Source of the DNA: Eledone cirrhosa
Taxonomy: Eukaryota
Direction of reading: 5' to 3'
Length of the DNA: 64,000 nt
NCBI GenBank assembly: GCA_964016885.1
Contig: OZ024740.1
Coordinates: forward strand, 220,596,001-220,660,000
Numbering within the stretch: position 1 is the first letter of the stretch; each line of letters starts with the position of its first letter. Positions 49,841 through 62,354 of this stretch are shown piece after piece. Under the pieces are notes generated by a model that made no database searches, was not told the DNA's origin, and was given only the letters and a program-made list of their open reading frames with translations. Position numbers and translations under genes: made by a program.

Positions 49841-51600
49841 CACTGCTTGACAAAATGAAGGAAAGTTTCTTTAGCAAGAGATATTTAGGATGATTTTAGC
49901 TAATTTTAGGGTATTCTTTCTGAATATGAAATCAGTTTTTCTCCATCACATTTAGATTTTGATCTACAAGACATCCTCTGCACATGGCTTAGTGGTTAGA
50001 GCATTGGCCTTGCAATCGAAAGGTTGTGAGTTCAATTCTCAGACTGGGTGATGTGTTGTTTCCTTGAGCAAGACACTTTATTTCACATTGCTCCAGTTTA
50101 CTCAGCTGTAGAAATGAGATGATAGGGACTGGGGTCCTTATCATTCCACTGCAAAGTGGTCGTGGAGGTGCCACGGAAAATAAGCACCCAGCACTCACTG
50201 TAAATGAGGTTGGTGTTAGGAAGGGCATCCAGCTGTAGAAATCAAGCCAGAATCGGTTCCCGTCCGACCCTTGCAAGCAGGGAAAAGTGGACGTAAAATG
50301 AAATGAAATGATGATTATACAAAATTTACAGAAATGTAATGTAGCATGCAGTATGTCAAGTGTTCCTATTTGTCTTTTAAGAATGCCTTTGATTGTTCTT
50401 TTTGTGACAGCCTTTAATGAGAGAACTGTAAAAGTAGATATAAAACATATTAGATCATGTTAATGTTTAGAACACTTTGATTTAAATGCGTGTTATTGTG
50501 ACTTGTATCAAATTGGTAATTGCTCTGTTCACTGTGGACTGCTGTTGTTTAGTTCTCCACTTCAATTTGCACAACTTCAAGTTGTGTATGTTGTAATTAC
50601 CCAGATCACTTTTGTGACATCTGTGGGAAATATGCCTTCAAGGATTGTAGAGGAAACAGCACAACACTAATACAAGCAAGATACAAGGATTACTTCAAAA
50701 TGAAACTTGGAGACGAAGATAAATATTTTGCTCCACATATTGTATGCAAAGACTGCAGTGATCAGCTTTCCTTGTGGTCCAGTGGCAAGCTGAATCAAAT
50801 GACATGGCGAGAACAAAGCAACCAATCTACCGATTGCTACTTTTGCATTACTAATGTTCAATAAGAAAACTGCAAATTATATCAAGTATCCTAATTTACC
50901 ATCTGTCATGACCACAGCTATACGGAGATGAAATTCCTCCTGTGCCAAGCAATCAACCATTAAGTGAAATGATTCCAATGACGAAACTGGATGTGAAAAC
51001 CAAATGGACGACAAAGATTTAGAAATTCCTCATGCATGCTTTAAAATAAGTCAAAAACAACTGGATCATTTTGTTCAAAAGTTGGGACTTTCTAAGAATG
51101 ATTCTTATCTGGCTAGAACAATGCTCAGAGAAATTGGTGTCTTAGCCCCAACAGCATACAAGCATCAAGAGAAGATATTTATTGGATTTATTGACACACA
51201 TAATGAGTTTGGTTTATTACAAGAACATTACTGGTTTGATAATGGCACTAAGAATTTCCTCTGATGTCTAGACAGATTAGTGGTTATTCATTGATGGCAG
51301 TGTTTACAGCTTAAAGACAGTCCTTCTGCATGTTGGGAATGAGTACTCAGTGATTCCAGTGGGTTATTCAAGGAGGGCAAAAGAGTCATATGACACTATC
51401 AAGATGTTACTTTCTTTGATTAGGTATGATGATTTCAAGTGGAAAGCTGGAGGTGACGAAGATCATAAGTTTTTTAACTGGAATGATATGAAGTTTTGCT
51501 GCTTCTTGTGCCTGTGGGACAACTGGGCTCAAAATGAGCACTACAGTCAACAGAATTGGCCAGCACGTCACTTCAGACCTATTGGAAGGAGTGTTTGAGG
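49841..51600 (+). mobile_element. Chapaev3-like (CMC) DNA transposon, decayed, in the last UROC1 intron
   Basis: CACTG terminus at 49841; FCDICG, YF.MKLGDEDK.FAPHIVC..C, WRE....DCYFC, LFIDGS..SLKTVLLH.GN, CFLCLWD motifs with stops and frameshifts. Confidence 0.75.
49979..50313 (+). mobile_element. tRNA-headed SINE with RTE-derived tail, nested in Chapaev3-like element
   Basis: Near-identical to 22575-22910; ends in (GAAAT)n. Confidence 0.85.
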
Positions 51601-51744
51601 ACTCTTCCCCCACAACCCTCTCAGGAATGTGTAGGTGAAGAAGAAGAGACTCACAAACTGATGAAGACAATATCTTCACAACTAATCTTTGAGAAAAATA
51701 TGTTACAAACATATATCAGTATTTTATACATAAAATAAACTTAC

Positions 51745-51795
51745 TCCATTTGAAACATCCCAGCTTAACATTGACCTTGCCTGGTTTTCAGCTTG
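51745..51795 (-). CDS. UROC1: Urocanate hydratase, penultimate exon (51 nt)
   Basis: AG/GTAAGT boundaries, phase 0; QAENQARSMLSWDVSNG. Confidence 0.93.
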
Positions 51796-52805
51796 CTGTC
51801 AATAGAGGAAAAATTATAATTATACTTGCAGTTATAAGATATAAGAACAAAAAAGTATGTGTTGTATATATTCATGTAAAAGTCAAATTTTTAAAAAGCT
51901 ATATTTGGAGTTTTATTGTGTCCACTATTATTTGTGTAGAGTTTCTGCCTACTCCTTTTCTGCATATGGAACAGAACCACAGCCCTGATGGGATCAGGGC
52001 CCTGTCTTCTTTTATACATTAGTTTTCGTAAAGTTCATTCTCAACCTTTTTGATTTTAAGTTCTGTTTTCAGTCGGAACTTATTCTCTAGTTCTTCCACA
52101 GATTCAACTATAAGAACCAGGTCATCAGCATGAAGAAGTTCTCATCGGATGAGAAGCCTTGTGGTATTTATTCTACCTTTTTGCATTCTGGGTTCAAAAC
52201 ACACTGGCCTACTGAGGTGGTAAACTTAATCCCTTGGTTCAGTTTAACATCACACCTGGCCCTTGCAAGCATTTGGACAAGGTCTCTGTTATATGGACAC
52301 CTTCCTCCCTCCCTGACTAAATTGTAGAAAACAAATTTTCTCTCTTTGAGCAGGGCTGACAGGAGCTATAAAATAACAACAACCACCTCTGCCTTGTTTA
52401 TAATACAATAACCATAGTAGGTTGGTCAGTAGATCAGCTTTTTTAATTTAGATCCATCATTCTACTTAAGATATATTTGTATGGACCTGTAATTCCTAAT
52501 AGAGTCATAGGGGCGCTGTCTTGAGCAGTTTAAACCTGGCGGAGCCCATCCCATCTCCTCTCCAGGTCTGAACACAGCCAATTTCTTCTAGAGAAGGAGT
52601 GATAGAATAAGTGAGAAAGGGGTATAGCAGAAGAATTGACTCCAGTACTTGACTGGTACATTTTTTATCAACCTCGAAAGGATGGAAGGCAAAGTTGACC
52701 GTAGCCAGATTTGAAGTCAGAGAGTGCAGACAGCTGGAACAGTAATCACAAAGCATTCTCTCTGATGTTCTAATGATTCTGCCAATTCACCACCTTATAC
52801 TTAAG

Positions 52806-53998
52806 TATTCTTCTTCTCCTCCTCCTCCCCCTCCTCCTTGAGAGGGTCGTTGGGGAAAAGTCCTCAAACACTCCTTCCAGTGGGTCCTGGTTTTGCCCAT
52901 AAAATCTGTCCAGTGATTCTTTCCTGAGACATTCTAACCACATGCCCATAGTATTGGAGCTGTGATCTCTCAATTCAGAGAAGTAGCGGCTCAACCTGGA
53001 GTGTCTCGCTGATCTCCGAGCTATGCACTCTATTGAGTAATGTTACTCCAAAGACCCTTCAGAGGAACGCCATTTCGGCCACTTGTATTCGTCATTGTAT
53101 AGTTTCAGTCACTACCCAAGGTTCATGACTATAGGTAAATGTTGGCACGAATACAGAATTAAAGATAGCGAGTTTGGTTTTTATGCCTACCTCTCTTCTG
53201 ATTACTGAATGCAGAAGCTGGCGCATTACTGTATCAGCTCCTGCAATTGTTGGTCTTAATTCAGCCTCCTACCTTCCATCACTTGTGAACATGGCCCTGG
53301 GATACTTCAACTCCTCCACCTACTTCAGTGGAACTCCATTCACATGTAGGATGCACTGTGCAGGCTTCTTTGCGAGGATGAGCGTCTGTTTTTGCAGCAC
53401 TGATTTTCATTCCAGCCATGCAGCACTTGGCATCAAACCTATCGAGTGCAAGTTGGAGATCACCTTCTGTTGAGTTAAGTAATACCCTGTCGTCTGCAAA
53501 TTCCAGCTGATTGATTTTATGCCCGCCAGTCATGACACCACTTCAAACCTCGCTGCAAATGTCAATCCTGTTCATGTAAATAATGAACAAAAGAGGTGAC
53601 AATATGCACCCTTGGTGGAGTCTGACTCCCACATTGAATGGTTTCGATTTAGCACCATATATCTGAACACAAATACTTGGGCATTCGTATAGAGACATCA
53701 GGGCAGCAAGGAGCTAGCCATCGATCCCATATTTCTGCAGAACCTTCCACAGCAGGTCATGTGTCTTTTCAAAGTCGACAAAACAAGAATATACCTCTTG
53801 GCAATACTCTGGCGATTTCTCGAAGACTGCTGCAGTGTGAATATTTGGTCTGCTGTACCGAGTCTGAGGCAAAAACAACACTGTTCATCAGCTAGCTTAG
53901 ACTCGACAATCTCCCTACATCTCTTTGCCAGGCACTTAGCATAGACTTTACCTGGGAGGCTTAACAAGGAGATCCCTCTGTAATTGGAACAATCTCTC
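52806..53998 (-). mobile_element. RTE family 2 LINE, 5'-truncated
   Basis: NYRGISLLSLPGKVYAK, FADD motifs; (GAG/GAA)n tail. Confidence 0.88.
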
Positions 53999-54021
53999 AT
54001 ATATATATATGGTATATATGG

Positions 54022-54247
54022 TATATATGGTAATCTGTTCAGATAGATCTATCTAACTTGTCCTTTCCTTAGTATTTTCCTCCCCACTCCTCAGCTGTAT
54101 TTATTGTCACTTAAGTATAATTATATTAAATAAAAGAGATCAATAATTATTCTTAAGTAACGACAAATATAGTTGAGTAGTGAAGAGAAAAAAATACTAA
54201 GAAAAGGACAAGTTAGATAGATCTATCTGAACAGATTACCATATATA
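54022..54247. repeat. About 100-bp imperfect inverted repeat
   Basis: Outer about 45 bp almost perfect (ggtaatctgttcagatagatctatctaacttgtcc), inner part diverged. Confidence 0.85.
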
Positions 54248-55014
54248 CTCCTGTATAAGCCACACTGGAAAATAAATTGAACCTCTATTTTACATACAAC
54301 ATTTATTATTCAGAATAAAGGATTATGTGAACCCATATATGACATGTTTCATCATTATCATCATCATTTAATGTCCGCTTTCCCTGATAGCAAGGGTTGG
54401 ATGGGTCTACATAGACCAAGTCAGTACTGAAGCGAGACCACTGACATCCCAGACAGGCCAAGGAGGTCTGTATCCCACTTATGTATGGTCATTATTGAGT
54501 GTAGAGGAGAGGTAGTTGTGTCTTTTGACAAACTAAAGGGTCCTCCTAACCCCTTGTTTGGCATGCTTTCTACGACTGGATGCCCTTCCTAACACCAACC
54601 ACTTTAAAGTGTGTACTGGGTACTTTTATCGTGTAGATCACCAGTACTAGGGAGGCTGTTATGTCTATATATAAACAGCCCTGTTTAAATATAATAAACA
54701 TATATTTAAATCTCACAAAGGAGATGCCACAAGATTGAGATCTCTGGCGTCATGTTGTACTGCAGAAGACCCACCTTCCCCTGTGCACAAAATGAAATGA
54801 AATAAACATGTAGAGGACACATTAGTCTGCACTAATCCTCTCTCCACCCCTCCCCAATCACTCTCCCCAGTTTTAATATCCCACTTATCTAGTTGATATC
54901 GACCCCCCCCCCCCTCCATCAAACCTTCACTCCTGATGCATCTCGCCTGCTCAACCCATGCATAAAAGCATGAAAGCTGGACATGCTTGATATCTGATCT
55001 TCTACAATGCTATT

Positions 55015-55335
55015 ACCACAACAAAAAGCACAAAGTCCACCCTGTATGCTGATCTGATGCCACAACAATAAAAGCACCCAGTACATCCTGTAAGATAGTT
55101 GCGTTGGTGCCATAACAAAAAGCGCTCAGTCCACTCTATAAGGTGGTCATGCTGGTGACATGACAAAAAGCATCCAGTCCACCCTGTAAGGTGGTCGTGT
55201 TGGTGACATGACAAAAAGCACTCAGTCTACCTTGTAAGATATTCATGTTGGTGACATGACAAAAAGGGCCCAGTACACCCTGTAAGGTGGTCATTTTGGT
55301 GCATGCCATGTTAAAAAGCACCCAGTCAACACTGT
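55015..55335 (+). repeat. About 48-bp minisatellite (about 7 units) in an RTE-type 3' UTR
   Basis: Same unit family and tail as 25338-25712. Confidence 0.88.
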
Positions 55336-55702
55336 AACGGGGTTGGCATTAGCAAGAGCATCCAGCCATAGAACCAAACCAAAATACAGATCTGTATGAG
55401 CAAGACATGGTCTCTGGACCTGACTTGTTTCATATGACAACCCATGTAACCCATGCAAGTGTGGAAAATGGACGTTAAATGATGATGAGGATGTTGATAT
55501 TTAGTCTCATTGAGAGTATATTTTGAATTGAGGTTTTCCTGATAGATATGTTGCCTGCTGCCTTTTCATGTCATATTCTCATGAAAAAAATGTATGGCTT
55601 ATACATGAGTATATACAGTAATAATCATGTTTTTTTGTTTATTGTTTGGCTTCTTTTTAGACTGTTATAAGGATATAGACAAAAAAAAAAGAGTGTATTT
55701 AC

Positions 55703-55751
55703 ATCAGAACCATCCAGCACAAGGCCAAAACCACCATTAGTAACTTCTCCC
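55703..55751 (-). CDS. UROC1: Urocanate hydratase, third-last exon (49 nt)
   Basis: AG/GTAAAT boundaries; (W)GEVTNGGFGLVLDGSD, following the urocanase HNGGGVGW signature; upstream exons not found in the window. Confidence 0.93.
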
Positions 55752-57478
55752 CTATTAAATACAAAAGTAAAAGACAATTTCATGAGTCAAATATATAATT
55801 CATGTAGAAATTTTTTCATGTAACAATATATTACATGAAAAAAATTAATATATTAAAAAAGAAAAGTATTGCTGAGTGACTTATTGAAGGACAGAGGAGA
55901 GACAGGAGTGAAAGAGGTTGTTGTTGAGTGGCTTATGATAAGATAAACATCTAACCAATTCTAAATCTTCAGATTACATGCAAATTCTATTCTGATAGTT
56001 TCTTCCTTAGCAGATCTCACCTATAGAATACTCTTCTAGCATCTTGCATTCCTGACCACTACAATTCACAAAAATCCAAATCTTTGTCATCTTCTCTCTC
56101 TCCTTCAATTACTGTATGTACCAAGAAATATGTGACAGAAAAATATATTCAAGGTCAATATTTTGTCAATTTTCATTAACTTTAAATTCAACATAAATAA
56201 GGTGCTAAAATATCTTGAGTGATTTGAATTCATAGAAAAATGAGAAAACTCATTCCTAGATCAGCTGTTAAAACAGTCAAATTCTCTTTCTCAACCGCAG
56301 GAACACGGTTGAGAAAGAGAAGGAAGTAGAAAGTGTAGAGTAGAATAGAGAGAGGGACAGAAAAAGAAAGAGACAAAGAAAAAAGGGGAAGAAAAAGAGA
56401 GAAGGGACTGGCAAAAAGAGAGGGAAAGAAGAGGCTGTGTGAGAGGGGAAAGAAAGAGAGTGAGACAGTAAGTAACCACATGTGAGAAGAGAAGCAGACG
56501 ACAATATAAAATATTAAACACGATATTAGAAAAATATTTTTGTAAATATGACAATATTTTATATATGCATGCATGCATAGATAAATACATACATATGTTT
56601 ACAGGTCTTCAGTTATACCATAACTTATATATATGTATGAGATGAAAGAATGGTATTTAACTAATGTAATGGTACGCGATGGGGCCCACCCACAGCCCCG
56701 GCGGACAGAATGGAGAAGGCATTTCCCTGGAGAATGGCAAGGGAGACGCGCTGGAAAAGCCACTCCAACTCGCGGGGCTCACACCTACGGCTGGCCAGCT
56801 CAGCACCTATGGTGGTGAGTATATTTTATATATACATACATGCATAGGTAAATACATACATATGTTTACAGGTATATTTATATATATATCGCCATTTTTC
56901 TAATCCTTATGGGACTTTGCATTCAAAATCTTCATTATAAGTCCTATAAACAGCAACCAGGTAAATTTCTTTGATTTGATTTGTTTCAGATTTATTCAAT
57001 TACAGATTTTCGATGAGATCGAGTCCCATACTGTCTGTGTGTAAAGTATTATAACTTGCGTATTATTCACCCTATCTCTTAAAATTTTACACATTGCTAA
57101 AGGAGGATGCAAGATGTTTTTATAAAAGAAACATAACCACTTTAGATGACTCTGTATATTGTGTTACAAGGCTCTTTTATTAATTAGCACTGATGAACTG
57201 TAATACTTCTAGAACCTACAAGGTAAACAAGTATTGTACTCAGTAATTTGATTGCCGATGTCACGGAATATAGTTGCTGTAAGTGACAATTCCTTAACGA
57301 CATATACATAACATTTACAGCATTGTGTTTCACAATTTCTTCTCAGTGGTCAGTCAGTTTGTAATGATATTTTCTTTATAGCTCATTGAACATTTGCAGT
57401 AGGTTCTGAAGTATATCAGTCTCTGGTTGACAGTTAATGATTTGTTTCAGATTTATTCAATTACAGATTTTCCATAGA

Positions 57479-60400
57479 ATGCCTCGAAAAAGCAAGAGTC
57501 ACATTGGAAGAAAAACAAGAAATGCCTTAGCTTTGCGTTCTTTGCGCGCAAGCAAAACAGAAGACCAATGTATGCTACAGCGTGCTCGCAATGCTGCTTC
57601 TACTTCGATTGCCAGAGCATTACAGACAACTGAACAAGCAGAAGTCCGGCTCGCTTGCAATGCTACTTCTACTTTGAAGGCCAGAGCATTACAGACTGCT
57701 AAACAAGTAGAACGCCGGCTTGCTTGCAATGCTGCTTCTACTTCAAGTAGCCGTGCTTTAGAGACTGTTGACCAAAGAGCAACAAGGCTTGCGGCTGATT
57801 CTCAACGGAAAATGCGTTCTCATGTCTTTCCGAGGGTTTCTTACTGGTCTAAGAAGGCTTTTCATTACAGCCTCCAAGAGGACTACGCATCCCACCCACA
57901 TATCATCATTGGTAGCATGTCAACTGTTTGTGTCCATTGTAACGCAAATTAAGGTGGCCAGCAGAATCTACCAGTATATGCTGCTCCAATGAACGGTTTG
58001 ATTGCCTCATTCACAAGTCTGTGCCGAACCTTTGAATTCTCTGCTGCTTGGAGACCACCCTGATTCTAAACACTTTCTTAGAAATATAAGAGCCTACAAT
58101 TCGGCTTTCCAAATGACAAGCTTCGGTCATACACTAATAAAACATGGAAATTATATGCCCACATTCAAAGTGCAAGGCCAAATTTACCATCAAATTGGCT
58201 CCCTTATTCCACAAGATGGCAATGAACACAGTTTTCTCCAGATTTACTTTATGGGGAACGGACCTGAAGAAACTGCACGAAGAGCTTCAGTTGCTAAAGG
58301 AACAATACCTTTTCTTCTGCAGCCCCTTCAATATATGCTTCATACCATAAACCCCTACGTCACCATTTTCAAAACTGCTTTTCAGCGTAGAGATGCTAAC
58401 ACTAATCAATTCAAGGTTGTCATTCGAGGTGACCGCGTTCCACCAGAGCAGCATCAGAGTTGCTTTAACAGACCCCAAACCGATGAAGTTGCGGTGCTTA
58501 TAACAAGTCCTGATGAGAGTGCTTCAAACCGTGATATTGTTCTTGAATGGCAGGACTCGCGTCTTCAAAAAATAAATGAACTTCATCCTGCATATGATGC
58601 CCTCCAATATCCATTACTGTTCTCCTTTGGTGACGATGGCTACCGCATTGACTTGCCAAAGTGTAATCTGGTAACTTTAATGCATCTTCAACCATGGAAA
58701 ACCATTTCACAAATGGAAATTTATGCATTTAGGCTTATGGTTCGCAAAAACGACATCAACATTCTACATAGAACACGGATGCTCCTCAATCAATACTGTG
58801 TAGACGTATTTGCTAAGGTAACTATTTCTTATTTTATGATTTCGTTCAGAAAATTTCCGTAACCAGTTCACTCAATATTTACCACAACAATTTCAATTTT
58901 CCAGATTGACACTGAATGCCTCCATTGGATAAGACACCATTAAAAGGAACTGCGTTCAGAAGAATACGGCAATCTACGTGACAAAGTCAACCGAAATGAT
59001 CAGGTTATTGCTTCGGATGTTGGGCTTTCTGTCATTCTCCCATCGTCATACACTGGAGGCCACCGTTACATGCATGAAAAAATGCAGGATGCTCCCACCT
59101 ATGTCTGCCATTGTGGCCGTCCTGATCTTTTCATCACCTTCACATGCAATCCAAAATGGTTTGACATCCAGTCTCACTTACTTCATGGCCAAAATCCTTC
59201 ACACAGGCATGATATCACATCTAGAGTGTTTCACCTAAAATTTATGAAAATGACGGATGACGGATGTTATAAAATGTGGACAACTTTTTGGACCAGTAAA
59301 GTGTTTCATGTACACCGTAGAATGGCAGAAGAGAGGACTCCCACATGCCCATATTCTCCTTTGGCTTATAAAAAAACTCATGTCAACTGATGTTGATTCC
59401 ATTATAAGTGCTGAATTGCCAAATCCCCAAGAAGACCCTGTCCTTTTTCAAATTATAAAAGCCAACATGATACATGGACCGTGTGGCCACCTAAATCCAA
59501 AATCTGCATGTATGGATAATGGGAAATGTACAAAGCATTACCCACGTAAACTTATCCATGAAACCAAAACTGGTGATGATGGCTAACCTTTATACCGTCG
59601 CAGGGCACCGCAGGAGGGTGGACATACGGCAACTATAACAATGGTTGGTGGTCAAGATTTCAATATCGACAACCGATGGGTTGTACCACATAACAAGGTG
59701 CTTTGTAAAATGTTTTCAGCCTACATTAATGTTGAATTCTGCAACTCCGCAAAATCAATCCAATACATCTGCAAGTATGTTCATAAGGGAGCCGATTGAG
59801 CAGTTATTGAGTTGGCTAAGACCGATAACCCTGATGCCGCCACAGATGAAGTCACGTTTTTCCAAACTGGATGCTACATCTCTTCTAACGAGACATTTTG
59901 GCGCATATTCGGTTTTCCGATCCATGAACGTGAACCTGCAGTTATTCACCTCAGCGTTCATTTGGAGAATGGTCAACAGGTGTATTTTAACCAAGAAAAT
60001 ATGCTTGACTGTGCAAGACAACCTCGAAGAACGACCCTTACTGGATTCTTTGAACTTTGTACTTTTGACTCTCTTGCCAGAACACTTCTTTATGCGGAGT
60101 TGTCTACATTCTATGCATGGAATAAATCTTCCCGCTGTTGGCAAAGAAGAAAGCGAGGACGCATTTCACAAAGGGATGCTTCGATGCGTGAGTCTGATGC
60201 CCTCTGAAGAGTGTACACAGTTCACCCGCTCAATTCAGAATGCTTTCACCTTCGTTTTCTATTGCACGTTGTCAAAGGTCCAACTTCCTTTGAAGACCTT
60301 CGTACCGTCAATGGTCATATTTGTTCAACATTTAAAGAGGCCTGCTCCAAATTAGGTCTTCTCGACAATGATGACCACGCCCTCCATGATGGTGACTGCA

Positions 60401-62042
60401 TCAATGTTGCAGTCACCAATTGTTCTTTGTAAGCTTTTCGCCGTTATGCTGGTATACTGCAGTCTTGGGAATCGACAGTCTTTCTGGGAGAAATATCACG
60501 ACAGCATGTGCTTGGACTTCCTAATGCAATCTCGCTTCGCGTCTACACACATGAATTTACAGTTTACACCTGAAATGTACAACTGCGGTCTCATATTTCT
60601 AGAAGATATAGTTTTGGAAATGGGTGGCCGTCCCTTGAAGAACTACTGTATGGAATCCCCTAAAAGAGAAAATGAGGCTGTTTGTAACTGCCCCCCTACT
60701 AAGTGAGACATGCTACGATGCTGCCAGGCTTCTGTCCTACGTTCAAGAAAGAGAAAAACTTTTGAATCTTGAACAAGCTGATGTCTATACTTTTGTTTTG
60801 ACTATGCTTGAAGACACCAATGGTGGCATCCACTTCCTTGATGCGCCAGGTGGCACAGGAAAGACTCCTCAACCTCCTTGCCAAAGTTTGCCAACGTGGA
60901 CAGATTGCCATTGCAATGGCGTCTTCAGGAATAGCAGCAACACTGCTAGATGGCGGCAGAACAGTCCATTCAACATTTAAGCTTCCCCTTAACATCGGTC
61001 ATGTTGAAAATCCGACCACCAATATAAAGAAGAATTCAGATGAGGCTGCTGTCTTTCAAAAATGCAAATTGATTGTCTGGGATGAGGCAACAATGTCCCA
61101 CAAGAATGCACTTGATGCAATCAATACACCGCTACAAGACCTGCGCTACAACTATAAACCGTTCGGTGGCATCGTTCTGCTTCTTGCTGGGGATTTTTGT
61201 CAAACTCTTCCCATTGTCCCAAAAGGCCAACCAGTTGATGAAATAGATGCTTGCATTAAACATTCTCATCTTTGGCGCATTACTTTGCTTCAAAGTTATT
61301 GGATGTTGGTAATGGGAACTTACCAATCGACATAAACGGTTTAGTTGATATAAGTACCATTGGTAACTACGTCTCCAGCCCTGAGGACATTTGCACAAGA
61401 GTTTACCCCGACCTTTCAACAAATTACATCAGTCATCAATGGATGTGTGAAAGGGCCATCTTAGCTCCTACAAATTCCACCGTCCAAGCTCTTAACACAT
61501 GTCTGCTTCGTCAACTTCCTTCCCAAGAGCGATGTTATGCTTCGATTGATTCGATTACGGATCCAATGCAAGTAACGTTTTATCCAACAGAGTTTTTAAA
61601 CTCACAAGAGCCATCGAGAATGCCACTGCATAAACTCTGCCTAAGACTTGGAAGACCCATCATACTCTTGAGAAACTTGGAACCTCCTTTGCAATAGCAC
61701 ATGCTTGGTTATAACGCAAATGTTGGATGACGTTCTCGAGGCTACAATCATTACGGGAAAAGGCGCTGGCGACTCTTTTTATTTCCCGAGTTCCACTTAT
61801 TCCAACTGACTGCGTCTTTCCAATGAAAAGAGTCCAATTCCCCATTCGATTAAGTTTTGCAATGATCATTAACAAAGCCCAGTCACTAAAAGTGGTTGGG
61901 CTGGACCTCAGTACTCACTCCATGCTTTTCACACGGACAACTGTATGTGGGATGTTCAAGAGTTGGAAACTCGGTCAATCTCTTTTACTACGCTCCCGGA
62001 AGATTGACAAAAAATGTGGTTTACAAGGCAAACCTCCAATAG
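57479..62042 (+). mobile_element. Helitron Rep/Helicase pseudogene with an 87-bp intron
   Basis: RAYNSAFQMTSFG, YDALQYPLLF; Rep motifs PDLFITFTCNPKW, VEWQKRGLPHAH, YICKY; PIF1 motifs DAPGGTGKT, IVWDEA, GDFCQTLP, ILAPTN, QFPIRL.FAM.INKAQ, FSHGQLYV; many stops and frameshifts; termini not identified. Confidence 0.95.
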
Positions 62043-62354
62043 TTTTTCCGTGGAGTTGAAAGCCCCTTCAGGTTGGTCCTTATTGCGATTACTTACTTTT
62101 CACAATAGGTAATGTTACTCTTCCAACAAATGCCCATTGATGAATTCAACCATTTTTTCATTTCAATGGACAGCCTTCCACATGCCCCAGGTTATTTCAT
62201 AATTCAATTAAACATGTAGTTTCTTACAGATTGCCTTCATGTCAACCGAACTGTCGTCTATGCTTTTTGTACCGATTCTTCAGCCATTCAGTCAATTAAA
62301 CAACATTCCAAACGATATTTCTATTTTTCTCTATTTTCACATTTTAATGACAGA

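Noticed and set aside
49979-50050. tRNA gene (TGC in the loop position)
   Set aside because: Continues into SINE body and LINE tail; no proper acceptor stem or terminator
62043-62354. Helitron 3' hairpin and CTRR terminus
   Set aside because: No convincing terminus seen before the RTE insertion at 62355
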